64,000 bases of DNA from positions 9,628 through 73,627 of the forward strand of contig CANRVH010000002.1 of NCBI GenBank assembly GCA_947643225.1, written 5' to 3'. Shown here piece by piece: positions 17,155 to 28,848 of the stretch (position 1 is its first letter; the number at the start of each line of letters is the position of its first letter). A program made the position numbers and the translations under genes. Source of the stretch: an uncultured Clostridia bacterium (GTDB lineage Bacteria > Bacillota_I > Bacilli_A > RF39 > UBA660). The notes under the pieces are model-generated. The model had not been told where the DNA came from and searched no databases. It worked only from the letters and a program-made list of their open reading frames with translations.

Positions 17155-17190
17155 AGGGAAATGGTTATATTTCCCTTTTCTTTTAATATA
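17155..17190 (+). terminator. intrinsic terminator after rpmA
   Basis: AGGGAAATggttatATTTCCCT followed by TTTCTTTT. Confidence 0.6.
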
Positions 17191-17214
17191 GAATAAGACC
17201 TAGGAGGAAATACA

Positions 17215-18693
17215 GTGGAAGGACTACAAGCATTATTAAAATACCAAAAAGAAATATCTGATATTCAACATACAATTAATATTTTAAATTGGGAATTAAA
17301 AGTTTCAGCGCCAAAAAAAGCGGAAGAAGAAATGATAAACTTGGTTGCTAATTATGAAAATAAATTATTTATACTTCAAACAAAAGAAGAATATGGTACC
17401 ATACTACAAAATACCATAAGAGATCAATCATTCATAGAATTAGAGGAACAGGAACAAAGATATATTTTAAATTTATTAAAACGTTATAATGAAAATAAAA
17501 AAGTACCTGCAGATTTTTACACTGAATATATAACATTACAGAATAGAACTAATATTATATGGAAAGAGGCAAAAGAAAAGAATGATTATGCCTTATTTAA
17601 ACCCTATCTAAATAAAATGATTCAAATGACAAAAGAGTACTATAGATATATTGATAATGAAACACCAAATCTATATGATGTTATGCTAAATCAATATGAA
17701 ACAGGAGTTACTAGTGATTTAATCGACCAATGGTTTACTGAATTAAAAGAAAGAATTCTACCACTAATTCGTAAAAATAGAAAGAAAAGAGTTTATTCAC
17801 CTAAAATAAAATATACAGAAACAGAATTAATAGAATGCGCAAAATATTTACTAGAATACATTGGTTTTGATTTAGAAAAAGGAAAACTAGGGATTTATCC
17901 ACATGGGTTTACAGAAAAAATAAGTCAAAATGACATTAGAATTGCCTTTAAACATACAGACGATCCTTTAGATTTCATAACAACAATTATTCATGAAGGT
18001 GGACATGGGATCTTTGAACAAGGCATTAAAGACAACTTATCTAGATATGAAAATGTAACAATTGATAATTTATACGCCCTTCATGAAAGCCAATCAAGAT
18101 TTTATGAAAATATCTTAGGTAGAAATATAAATTTTTGGATACCAATTTATGATAAAATTAGTAAAAAACTACATTTAGAAATGTCCTTACAAGAATTTAT
18201 AGAAACTCTTAATACAGTTACTCCAAATTTAATTAGAACAGAATCAGATGAATTGACCTACTGTATGCATATTATTTTAAGATATGAAATAGAAAGAGAT
18301 ATATTTAATGATCAAATAACTGTTGACCATATACCACAAATTTGGAATCAGAAAATGAAAGAATACCTAGATATTGATGTTGAAAAGGATTCGGATGGAG
18401 TTTTACAAGATGTTCATTGGTCGCAAGGGTCCTTCGGATACTTTCCATCGTATCTATTAGGAACAATATATGATGGGATATTTATAGAATTAGTAGAAGA
18501 AAATTTAGGAAACATAGATGAATTATTAAAAAACGCACAAATAAGAAAGATAACAGATTATTTATGTGATACAATTTATCAAAATGGTGGGGCATATCGA
18601 TCAGAAGAAATCATAAAAAAAATGTATAAAAAAGAAATTTCAGTAGAGCCAGTAGTAAAATATTTTGAAAAAAAATATGGAAAAATAAAATAG
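17215..18693 (+). CDS. carboxypeptidase Taq (M32) family metallopeptidase
   Basis: GTG start after AGGAGG. HEGGHGIFEQ (HExxH), HESQSRFYEN, DVHWSQGSFGYFPSY (M32 signature motifs). Confidence 0.8.
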   Translation: MEGLQALLKYQKEISDIQHTINILNWELKVSAPKKAEEEMINLVANYENKLFILQTKEEYGTILQNTIRDQSFIELEEQEQRYILNLLKRYNENKKVPADFYTEYITLQNRTNIIWKEAKEKNDYALFKPYLNKMIQMTKEYYRYIDNETPNLYDVMLNQYETGVTSDLIDQWFTELKERILPLIRKNRKKRVYSPKIKYTETELIECAKYLLEYIGFDLEKGKLGIYPHGFTEKISQNDIRIAFKHTDDPLDFITTIIHEGGHGIFEQGIKDNLSRYENVTIDNLYALHESQSRFYENILGRNINFWIPIYDKISKKLHLEMSLQEFIETLNTVTPNLIRTESDELTYCMHIILRYEIERDIFNDQITVDHIPQIWNQKMKEYLDIDVEKDSDGVLQDVHWSQGSFGYFPSYLLGTIYDGIFIELVEENLGNIDELLKNAQIRKITDYLCDTIYQNGGAYRSEEIIKKMYKKEISVEPVVKYFEKKYGKIK

Positions 18694-18827
18694 CAAAAAG
18701 CGAAATCAAAAACTATTAACGATGCTTTTTGCAAAAAGAGGGGGGATTTGATATGAATGAATTTGAAAGAATAATTAATCCAACACAGGCACTAGAAGAA
18801 AAAAGAGAACTTGCCCAGCTGAAATAG

Positions 18828-19508
18828 TTGAAATTAATAACAGATAGTTTATGGGGACAAAACTTAAATCAAGCATTCCTGAAAAATGGTCTAAAAATAG
18901 ATAATAGATTACTTGTAAAAATTTTAAATATGAACTCAACAGAATATTGCTATACCATATCTAACTATACTTTTGTATTTATTCCTTTAATAGAAAGATA
19001 TCAACAATTTGGATCTTTAGATAGAATATTCTTACATGAAAATAGACATGCAATTGAATCAGGTCAAAATTGTAAGATAGGATTGATGGATAAAGCAAAA
19101 AGATTAATGATGATTAACGAAATTAGAACAGAGAAACATGCAATAGAAGATAACCAAAACTTTCCTACAATATTTTCGAAAAAAGTTACTAATCCTAATA
19201 TAGTAGATTATGAGTTTCTTTTCAAACTTTGTGAGAATTTATTCGAAGACTACGAATATTTATTTGATCAATGTGCTATTGAAAATGATATTACTAATCT
19301 TGCTCAAGTTTTTAATATAGTTGAATTAACTACATATGATAAAATGCTTTTAGAGGCATATGACTCAATTCAAAGAAAAATAAGAATAGGAGCAGAGAAA
19401 CTTATGATTAGAGGTACACCTTATTTTAAAATGCTTGAAAAATTAAAAGAAAACGCTCAAAATAGTGGGTTCAAAGTATATAGTAAATCAAATAGAAATA
19501 TTACATAA
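18828..19508 (+). CDS. hypothetical protein; TTG start directly follows an in-frame 24-codon ATG-ORF (18753-18827)
   Basis: 226-aa ORF from TTG. Upstream, in the same frame, MNEFERIINPTQALEEKRELAQLK-TAG begins at 18753 with a strong RBS (GAGGGGGG). Confidence 0.45.
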   Translation: MKLITDSLWGQNLNQAFLKNGLKIDNRLLVKILNMNSTEYCYTISNYTFVFIPLIERYQQFGSLDRIFLHENRHAIESGQNCKIGLMDKAKRLMMINEIRTEKHAIEDNQNFPTIFSKKVTNPNIVDYEFLFKLCENLFEDYEYLFDQCAIENDITNLAQVFNIVELTTYDKMLLEAYDSIQRKIRIGAEKLMIRGTPYFKMLEKLKENAQNSGFKVYSKSNRNIT

Positions 19509-19527
19509 ATAAACGTAATAGAAAGGA

Positions 19528-20811
19528 GTGAATACAATGTTTATAGATGAGGTTAAGATTAAAGTAATAGCGGGAAATGGTGGGGATGGATGTTGTGCAT
19601 TTCGTCGTGAAAAATATGTTGAAATGGGAGGACCTTTTGGTGGAAATGGAGGTCATGGATCAGATATTGTTTTCCAAGTTGATGAAGGTTTGCATACATT
19701 ACTTGATTTAAGATATCAAAAAATGATCAAGGGAAAAAAAGGCGAAAATGGTAAAGGAAAAAACCAACATGGAAAAAGTGCTGATGATATTGTAATTAAA
19801 GTACCTCAAGGTACAGTTGTAACAGATTTAGATACTGGATTAATTATCTGTGACTTAAAACAACAAAATGATCGCTTTATAGTATGTAAAGGAGGGCGAG
19901 GAGGACGAGGCAATACCGCTTTTAAAACCCAAAGAAATACTGCACCTGACTTTTGTGAAAATGGAGAACCAGGAGAAGAAAAAGTGTTAAAAGTAGAAGT
20001 GAAGATGATTGCTGATGTTGGACTAGTTGGCCTACCAAGTGTTGGCAAAAGTACCTTTATTTCAGCAGTTAGTCGTGCTAAACCCAAAATTGCAGCATAT
20101 CATTTTACAACACTAGTACCCAATTTAGGTGTTACCAAAAGTAGAAATAACTATAGTTTTGTTCTTGCTGATTTACCTGGATTAATTGAAAATGCATCAA
20201 TGGGAGAAGGTTTAGGAGATAAATTTTTAAGACATATAGAAAGAACAAAAGTGATTGCACATGTCGTAGATATGGCAGCAGTTGAAGGAAGAGATCCTTA
20301 TGAAGATTTCATTTTAATTAATAAAGAACTAGAAAGCTTCAATCCTAAACTAATGAAAAAACCAATGATTATAATTGCCAATAAAATGGATATAGAAGAT
20401 GCCGAAAAAAAATTAGAAAAGTTCAGAAAAAAAGTAGAAGATATAAAGATATTTCCAATAAGTGCTGCTAGTAATAAGGGCTTACAAGATGTTATTGATT
20501 ATTTAGCAGAAATATTAAAAGAGATGCCTGAAGAAGAATTGTTCTCAGAAGATGAAATAGAAAGTCATGTTCTTTATAAGTTTAAGAAAGAAGAACCTTA
20601 TACAATTACTTTTGAAGATGGGGTATTTGTAATTCGGGGAGAAAAAATAGAAAAATTATTTAAAATGACTAAATTTTCAAGTGAAGAAGGAGCAAAAAGA
20701 TTTGCTCGTAAGTTAACTAAAATGGGTATAGATGATAAATTAGAAAAAATGGGAGCAAAAGAGGGCGATCAGGTTCGTATATTAGACTTTTACTTTGATT
20801 ATAGACAATAA
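19528..20811 (+). CDS. obg: GTPase Obg/CgtA
   Basis: N-terminal Obg fold (FIDEVKIKVIAGNGGDGCCAFRREKY), G domain GLVGLPSVGKST / DLPGLIE / NKMD, C-terminal OCT domain. Confidence 0.95.
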   Translation: MNTMFIDEVKIKVIAGNGGDGCCAFRREKYVEMGGPFGGNGGHGSDIVFQVDEGLHTLLDLRYQKMIKGKKGENGKGKNQHGKSADDIVIKVPQGTVVTDLDTGLIICDLKQQNDRFIVCKGGRGGRGNTAFKTQRNTAPDFCENGEPGEEKVLKVEVKMIADVGLVGLPSVGKSTFISAVSRAKPKIAAYHFTTLVPNLGVTKSRNNYSFVLADLPGLIENASMGEGLGDKFLRHIERTKVIAHVVDMAAVEGRDPYEDFILINKELESFNPKLMKKPMIIIANKMDIEDAEKKLEKFRKKVEDIKIFPISAASNKGLQDVIDYLAEILKEMPEEELFSEDEIESHVLYKFKKEEPYTITFEDGVFVIRGEKIEKLFKMTKFSSEEGAKRFARKLTKMGIDDKLEKMGAKEGDQVRILDFYFDYRQ

Positions 20812-20842
20812 GGAATAAATTGATTATTTATTCCTTTTTAAA
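20812..20842 (+). terminator. bidirectional intrinsic terminator between obg and the convergent gene
   Basis: AGGAATAAATtgatTATTTATTCCT followed by TTTT. Confidence 0.65.
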
Positions 20843-20849
20843 TACTATT

Positions 20850-21206
20850 TTATTGATTTTTAAGTAATTCTTTTTCCTCCTTTGTATAGGATATTTTTAA
20901 AATTTCTCCGATTTCAAGATTCTCAGTCGTATGAGGCTTCAACAGATAAATATAAAAAGTACCCTTTTTTCCAAAAAGAAACTTTTCACTAGGAGTATTT
21001 TTAGAAATTTTTAATATTTTATTATTTTTATCAGTAAAAATAACATCTACTTTTTGACAAAAAAGATAGGTATTAATAATTCTTTTCTTATAAAAACAAA
21101 TTCCATTTTCAATAGGTTCTAATCTAAAACGAAAACTTTTTATCTTTTCCGAAAAACTATTTAATAAATCGATTGATATCCTTTTCTTATCTATTTTTAA
21201 AATCAT
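20850..21206 (-). CDS. DUF192-like hypothetical protein
   Basis: 118 aa; GICFYKKRIINTYLFCQKVDVIFTD resembles the DUF192 core. Weak. Confidence 0.35.
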   Translation of the reverse strand: MILKIDKKRISIDLLNSFSEKIKSFRFRLEPIENGICFYKKRIINTYLFCQKVDVIFTDKNNKILKISKNTPSEKFLFGKKGTFYIYLLKPHTTENLEIGEILKISYTKEEKELLKNQ

Positions 21207-21306
21207 TAATATTCACCTAAATTAATCATAACATAAAGAAAAGAATATAACTAGAAAAACACTGAAATTTGTGCTATGATAAGAAATATGAAAGGGAGGG
21301 AAAGTT

Positions 21307-22032
21307 ATGAGTGGACATTCTAAATGGGCAACAATTCATCGTAAAAAAGGAGAATTAGATGCAGCACGTGGTAAAGTATTCCAAAAACTAGCTAAAGAAA
21401 TTTATGTAGCAGCTAAAAGTGGTAGTCCAGATCCTGATAGCAATGCATCCTTAAGAATGGTTATTGAAAAGGCAAGAGGAGCCAATATGCCTAAAGATAA
21501 TATCGAAAAAGCAATTCAAAAGGCAAAGGGCGGAGCAGAAAGTGAAAATTATGATGCTATTCGTTATGAAGGATATGGGCCAAGTGGTGTTGCGATTATG
21601 GTAGATTGCTTAACAGATAACAAAAATAGAACAGCAAGCGAAGTTAGAAGTAGTTTTACTAAAAGAGGTGGAAATCTAGGAACAAGTGGTAGTGTTAGTT
21701 ATTTGTTTGAACGCCGTGGAATAATTGATATTCCAAGTGACTATGATGAAGAAGAAATGATGATGACTGCACTTGATAATGGAGCACTAGATTTTATTGT
21801 AATGGATGATGCATATGAAATTATCACTCTTGCCGAAAATTTTATAAAAGTAAAAAAAGCTTTAGAAGAAATAGGAGTACAAGAATTCTTAACTAGTGAA
21901 GTTACCTTTATTCCAAATAATACAGTGGAAATAACAGATCCTGAACAAATAGAAAAAATTCATAATTTGATTACTCAATTAGAAGAATTAGACGATGTTC
22001 AAGATGTATACTGCAATTTAAAAGAAGATTAG
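21307..22032 (+). CDS. yebC: YebC/PmpR family transcriptional regulator
   Basis: MSGHSKWATIHRKKG N-terminus, 241 aa. Confidence 0.9.
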   Translation: MSGHSKWATIHRKKGELDAARGKVFQKLAKEIYVAAKSGSPDPDSNASLRMVIEKARGANMPKDNIEKAIQKAKGGAESENYDAIRYEGYGPSGVAIMVDCLTDNKNRTASEVRSSFTKRGGNLGTSGSVSYLFERRGIIDIPSDYDEEEMMMTALDNGALDFIVMDDAYEIITLAENFIKVKKALEEIGVQEFLTSEVTFIPNNTVEITDPEQIEKIHNLITQLEELDDVQDVYCNLKED

Positions 22033-22105
22033 AAACAAACGTTTGTAAAGAGCTTGCTTTAAAGCTCTTTTTCTACTATAATAAAAAAAGAAGAGAGTGA
22101 TGTAA

Positions 22106-22669
22106 ATGTATGGATATATAAAAGGAACCATAACAGAAATTAAAAGTAATAGTATTGTTCTAGAAAATAATGAAATTGGTTACTTGATTTATACAGCTAA
22201 TCCTTATGCTTTTAATGAAAATGAGATTTATAAGGTGTATTTATATCAAATGGTAAAGGAAGATGAATTAAGCTTATTCGGTTTCAAAAAAGAAGAAGAA
22301 AGAGAACTTTTTTTGAAATTAATAAATGTAAAAGGATTAGGACCAAAAATGGCACTTCCTATTCTAGCAACAGGATCCATACCTGGAATTATTGATGCCA
22401 TTAATAGAGAAAATATCCTTTATTTAAAGAAATTCCCTAAGATTGGAGATAAACTTGCTAAACAAATCATATTAGATTTAAAAGGAAAATTGGGAAATAT
22501 TTCAACAGATTCAAACATCGAAGAAACAACTAGTACTGTTGAATTGCGCGATGTATTATTAGGACTTGGATATAAAGAAAAAGAAGTAATTAGTGTGATT
22601 CCTAAAATACCAACAGAATTAGTAATAGAAGAACAAGTAAAAGAAGCTTTAAAATTACTCTTAAAGTAG
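22106..22669 (+). CDS. ruvA: Holliday junction helicase subunit RuvA
   Basis: MYGYIKGTITEI...LINVKGLGPKMAL (HhH), 187 aa, upstream of ruvB. Confidence 0.9.
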   Translation: MYGYIKGTITEIKSNSIVLENNEIGYLIYTANPYAFNENEIYKVYLYQMVKEDELSLFGFKKEEERELFLKLINVKGLGPKMALPILATGSIPGIIDAINRENILYLKKFPKIGDKLAKQIILDLKGKLGNISTDSNIEETTSTVELRDVLLGLGYKEKEVISVIPKIPTELVIEEQVKEALKLLLK

Positions 22670-22678
22670 GAGGATGGA

Positions 22679-23701
22679 TTGATGGAAAATGAAGATATTC
22701 TAAATAAAGAAGAAATAGAAGGAGACTTAAAATTAGATACTTCCATAAGACCAGAAAGAATAGATGAATATATTGGCCAAGAAGATGTAAAAGAAAATAT
22801 TAAAGTTTTTATAGAATCAGCTAAAAAAAGAGATGAAGTCTTAGATCATGTACTTCTATATGGTCCTCCAGGATTAGGAAAAACAACCCTTGCTAGTATT
22901 ATTGCCAATGAGTTGGGAAGTAATATTAAAACGGCAAGTGGTCCTAGTATTGAAAAAAGTGGAGACTTAGCAGCAATTTTATCCTCCCTTGAACCAGGCG
23001 ATGTTTTATTTATAGACGAGATTCATAGAATGCCTCGCTTTATTGAAGAAATATTGTATCCAGCAATGGAAGATTTTACGTTAGATATTATAATAGGAGC
23101 AGAGACAAATACAAGAAGTATCAAGATAGACCTTCCTCCCTTTACCTTAGTTGGAGCAACTACAAGAGCAGGAGATTTAACAGCACCACTACGAGATCGA
23201 TTTGGAATAACCTGTAAAATGCAATATTACACAAAAGAGGAATTATCTTTGATTATAAAAAGAACAGCTAGAGTATTAGAAACAGGTATCAGTAATGAGG
23301 CGGCTGAGGATTTAGCAAGCCGTAGTAGGGGAACACCAAGAATTGCTAATCGCTTATTTAAAAGAGTTAGGGACTTTGCTATTGTTGATAATAAAATAGA
23401 AATAGATAAAGAAATTTGTGATAAAGCATTAAAAAGGCTAAAAGTAGACCAATATGGATTAGATGGAACAGATCATGAACTACTACTCGCTATTATTAAT
23501 AAATTTAATGGGGGTCCAGTAGGAATTGAAGCCATTGCATCAGCAATCGGCGAAGAGGTAACAACAATAGAAGATGTTTATGAACCATATTTAATGCAAA
23601 ATGGTTTATTAAAAAGGACATCAAGAGGGCGGGTAGCGACCCCTAAAGCTTATGAAGTATTACAAATTAATTATCAAAAAAGTGTATTTGAGGAGATGTA
23701 A
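22679..23701 (+). CDS. ruvB: Holliday junction helicase RuvB
   Basis: Walker [17 protein letters not shown], sensor motifs, 340 aa. Confidence 0.95.
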   Translation: MMENEDILNKEEIEGDLKLDTSIRPERIDEYIGQEDVKENIKVFIESAKKRDEVLDHVLLYGPPGLGKTTLASIIANELGSNIKTASGPSIEKSGDLAAILSSLEPGDVLFIDEIHRMPRFIEEILYPAMEDFTLDIIIGAETNTRSIKIDLPPFTLVGATTRAGDLTAPLRDRFGITCKMQYYTKEELSLIIKRTARVLETGISNEAAEDLASRSRGTPRIANRLFKRVRDFAIVDNKIEIDKEICDKALKRLKVDQYGLDGTDHELLLAIINKFNGGPVGIEAIASAIGEEVTTIEDVYEPYLMQNGLLKRTSRGRVATPKAYEVLQINYQKSVFEEM

Positions 23702-23735
23702 AAATGAAAAACAATAGGAAGGAAATAAATATTTT

Positions 23736-24764
23736 ATGAAAGTAGAAGAATTCGATTACGATTTACCAGAAGATTTAATTGCTCAAACCCCTTTAAAAGA
23801 AAGATCTTCTTCAAGACTTCTCGTTCTAGATAAAACAACAGGGGAAATAGCTCATAGAAAATTCTATAATATTATAGATTATTTAAGACCAGGAGACACC
23901 TTAGTCCTAAATGATACAAAAGTATTGCCTGCTAGATTAATTGGCGAAAAAAAGGAAACAAAAGCAATTATAGAAATTTTACTATTAAAAAATATCGAAA
24001 AAAATCTTTGGGAGTGTTTGGTTAAGCCAGCTAGAAGAGTGAAAATAGGAACAATCGTTAACTTTGGAGATGGAAGATTAGTAGCAAAATGCATCAAAGA
24101 ATTTGATAATGGTATCCGTCATTTCGAACTAATATATGAAGGAATATTTTATGAGTTATTAGAAGAACTAGGAACAATGCCACTTCCTCCATATATTCAT
24201 GAAAAATTAAAAGATGATTCAAGATATCAAACAGTTTATGCCAAGGAACCTGGAAGTGCAGCAGCACCAACAGCAGGTCTTCATTTTACAAAAGAATTAT
24301 TAGAAAAAATTAGCGAAAAGAAAATTAAAATTTGTTATGTAACACTTCATGTTGGATTAGGAACATTTAGACCCGTTAATGTTGAGAAAATTGAAGATCA
24401 TAAAATGCATAGTGAATATTATATTATGACCAAAGAAGTAGCTAAAATACTGAATGAAACAAAAAAACAAGGAGGAAGAATTATTAGTGTAGGGACAACC
24501 TCAACTAGAGTATTAGAAACTATAACCAATAAAAATAAAGGAATATTTAAAGAAGAAAGCGGTTTCACTAATATTTTTATTTATCCAGGATATCAATTTA
24601 GAGGAGTAGATGCCTTAATTACTAATTTTCATCTACCAAAATCAACGTTATTCATGTTAGTATCTGCTTTAGCAAAAAAAGAAAACGTAATGAGTGCTTA
24701 TAAAATAGCTATTAAAGAAAAATATCGCTTCTTTTCTTTTGGCGATGCAATGTTTATTCATTAG
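23736..24764 (+). CDS. queA: S-adenosylmethionine:tRNA ribosyltransferase-isomerase
   Basis: [21 protein letters not shown]-terminus, 342 aa, upstream of tgt. Confidence 0.9.
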   Translation: MKVEEFDYDLPEDLIAQTPLKERSSSRLLVLDKTTGEIAHRKFYNIIDYLRPGDTLVLNDTKVLPARLIGEKKETKAIIEILLLKNIEKNLWECLVKPARRVKIGTIVNFGDGRLVAKCIKEFDNGIRHFELIYEGIFYELLEELGTMPLPPYIHEKLKDDSRYQTVYAKEPGSAAAPTAGLHFTKELLEKISEKKIKICYVTLHVGLGTFRPVNVEKIEDHKMHSEYYIMTKEVAKILNETKKQGGRIISVGTTSTRVLETITNKNKGIFKEESGFTNIFIYPGYQFRGVDALITNFHLPKSTLFMLVSALAKKENVMSAYKIAIKEKYRFFSFGDAMFIH

Positions 24765-24826
24765 AAAAAAATTAAAATAAAAGCCAAAATTGATATAACG
24801 ATATAATATATAAAACGGAGGATTAT

Positions 24827-26480
<1,654 letters not shown>

Positions 26481-26565
26481 ATGACATCTTTTTTCTATAT
26501 TGTAAATTTATCCACACAAAAACCTCATTTCTTTATTTTCAAGAAATAAGGCTAATTCATTCCCT

Positions 26566-26898
26566 CTAAATAAAAAATATAGGTTTTTCACTATCTTCTA
26601 CTATACTATTTTGGCTTGTAGATTGTTCTGGAGTAGTAGTAACCACATTACTTTTTGTTGTTGGTTGATCATCTTTTAATGTATTAGCAATTTTAAACAT
26701 TGTTTTAGCATTATTAATAATTGGTTTAATTTGATATACAATAGGAATAGTTTGATTAATCACACCTAAAGTTTTTTGAGTATTAGAAAGAATACCTCCC
26801 CAATTTATACCTCTAAGTCCACCTAAGAGACCACGAGAAATAGCTGGTCTTGCGACATTAGACATATATTGACCATACATAAAAGGGTTATTATACAT
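26566..26898 (-). CDS. hypothetical protein (110 aa)
   Basis: ORF with RBS. Gly/Leu-rich N-terminus and Thr/Ser-rich C-terminus. No family assigned. Confidence 0.35.
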   Translation of the reverse strand: MYNNPFMYGQYMSNVARPAISRGLLGGLRGINWGGILSNTQKTLGVINQTIPIVYQIKPIINNAKTMFKIANTLKDDQPTTKSNVVTTTPEQSTSQNSIVEDSEKPIFFI

Positions 26899-27004
26899 AA
26901 ATTCACCTCTTTATTTTAGTATATGACAAATTTCATAAAAGTTTATCTTTAAAAATAAATAATAATTTGCTATAATTTATATAGAATAGATTGGGAGTGT
27001 ATAT

Positions 27005-28828
27005 ATGAATAATCAATCCAATGTTTTGTATATATTTAAATATAGTGCTCTTAATGAAAAGAATAAGCAAGTAAATGATTTTTTCCTTGCTGAAAGTTTA
27101 GACGAATGTAAACTATTTTTAGATATGTTAGGCTTTAAAAACATCAATGTTGTTCCCTTAAAACAAGGAGAAGCAATGCCCAATCTAAATAAAAAGTTAG
27201 ATCTAAATAGTATAGGAGTAGAATTTGGAAATTTAGCCAATTATATTCGTTATGGAACAGATATTCTTCAAAGCATAATGAGAATAGGAAAAGAATGCAA
27301 AAGTTCCAATAAAAATATTTACTTTAGATTATCGTATTTCTTATATAAAGGTGATTCACTAGCAAATGCTATGAAAAAACTTGGAAACGTTATTCCTCCT
27401 GAAATCATTAGTGAAATTGAAATCGGTGAGATAAATCACAATCTTTCCCGAAGACTGACTAATATTGTTAAAAAATATGCAAAAGTAAAAAAGGAAGGAC
27501 TATTTAGTAAACTTTTTAAAAAGAAAGAAGAAAATAAAGAAATAAATATAAATCAAACAGCAAATGATAATCTAAATGGAATTTCTAGAGAAGAGACAAA
27601 TACTAAAGATGCATTAGCACTATTTCCTTTTAAATACCGTGCAGTAATGGAAAATGGCAAAAAAACATCAGGATTTTTTAATGCAGAAAGTAAAGAAGAT
27701 TGTATTCATTTTTTAAAAGTACAGGGATATACAAATATTAAAGTTGAACCCCGAAAAAGTTATGATATAGAAATAGTATTGAATAAAAAGGTAAAAGTAG
27801 CAGATCTTGCCTTTGATTTAACTCAATTATCAACCTATTTAAAGGCAGGAATTCCTTTAGTTGAAGGGGTAACAATTTTAGCAAAGCAAGCAAAAAGTCC
27901 AGCTAGTAAAAATGCCTATGGAAAGTTAGTATATGATTTATTAAAAGGATATAATTTAAGTACCGCAATGGAAAAACAAGGAACCGCCTTTCCTAAACTC
28001 TTAATTAATATGATCAAATCTGCGGAAATGACAGGGGATCTTCCTACAATCTTAGATGATATGGCAGATTATTATGAAGACATTATTCAAACTAGAAAAG
28101 CAATGCAAAGTGCAATGACTTATCCTGTAATCGTTCTAATATTAGCGATTGCAGTATTAATCTTTATGCTAGTTGAACTTGTTCCACAATTTATTGTTTT
28201 ATATGAGTCAAATGGAGCAACCCTTCCTGGAATAACACTTGCAGTTATTGCCGCTTCTAATTTTATGCAAAATAACTATATAGTTTTATTATTGGGGCTT
28301 TTGATCCTGATTATGATTTTTTATTTATGTTATAAATACATTATTGGGTTTAGAAGAACAATACAGATAATATTAATGAAAATACCAGCTTTCGGCAAGA
28401 TTATTATTTATAATGAAGTATATAATTTTACCAAAACTTTTTCTTCATTAATTAATCACGGTGTATTTATTACAGATAGTATGGAGATTTTATCAAAAAT
28501 AACAAACAATGAAATTTATAAGGAAATCATTGCAAAGACTATGTCTAACTTAGCTAAGGGGGAAAATATCTCCAACTCTTTTAAGGGAGTTTGGGCATTT
28601 CCAACAGTTGCCTATCATATGTTAGTAACAGGAGAAAATACAGGACAACTCGGTTTAATGATGGAAAAAGTTTCCCAACATTATCAACAACTACATAAAG
28701 CAATGGTTGATCAATTAAAAAGTTTAGTAGAACCAGCAATGATTTTATTAGTAGCATCTATCGTTGGAGTAATCTTAATTTCTATTATTACACCAATGTT
28801 TGGTATATATAGTCAAATTCAGGGATAG
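27005..28828 (+). CDS. pilC: type IV pilus/T2SS platform protein PilC/GspF family (extended, 607 aa)
   Basis: Two T2SSF-like membrane repeats in the C-terminal 350 aa. Two N-terminal GspF-type cytoplasmic domains (..FKYSALNEKNKQVNDFFLAESLDEC.. and ..FKYRAVMENGKKTSGFFNAESKEDC..). Confidence 0.65.
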   Translation: MNNQSNVLYIFKYSALNEKNKQVNDFFLAESLDECKLFLDMLGFKNINVVPLKQGEAMPNLNKKLDLNSIGVEFGNLANYIRYGTDILQSIMRIGKECKSSNKNIYFRLSYFLYKGDSLANAMKKLGNVIPPEIISEIEIGEINHNLSRRLTNIVKKYAKVKKEGLFSKLFKKKEENKEININQTANDNLNGISREETNTKDALALFPFKYRAVMENGKKTSGFFNAESKEDCIHFLKVQGYTNIKVEPRKSYDIEIVLNKKVKVADLAFDLTQLSTYLKAGIPLVEGVTILAKQAKSPASKNAYGKLVYDLLKGYNLSTAMEKQGTAFPKLLINMIKSAEMTGDLPTILDDMADYYEDIIQTRKAMQSAMTYPVIVLILAIAVLIFMLVELVPQFIVLYESNGATLPGITLAVIAASNFMQNNYIVLLLGLLILIMIFYLCYKYIIGFRRTIQIILMKIPAFGKIIIYNEVYNFTKTFSSLINHGVFITDSMEILSKITNNEIYKEIIAKTMSNLAKGENISNSFKGVWAFPTVAYHMLVTGENTGQLGLMMEKVSQHYQQLHKAMVDQLKSLVEPAMILLVASIVGVILISIITPMFGIYSQIQG

Positions 28829-28848
28829 TAGGATAAAGGAGAAATTTT

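Noticed and set aside
19806-20087. Minus-strand ORF 19806-20087 inside obg, and similar embedded ORFs (8495-8698, 8868-9053, 12013-12258, 23879-24097, 27013-27240, 29298-29573, 29936-30976, 34646-34873, 41383-41589, 46842-47156, 47899-48081, 59307-59513, 61342-61530, 61821-62027, 63238-63687)
   Set aside because: All lie antisense to, or out of frame within, well-supported genes. They lack RBSs and are compositionally typical of AT-rich noise.
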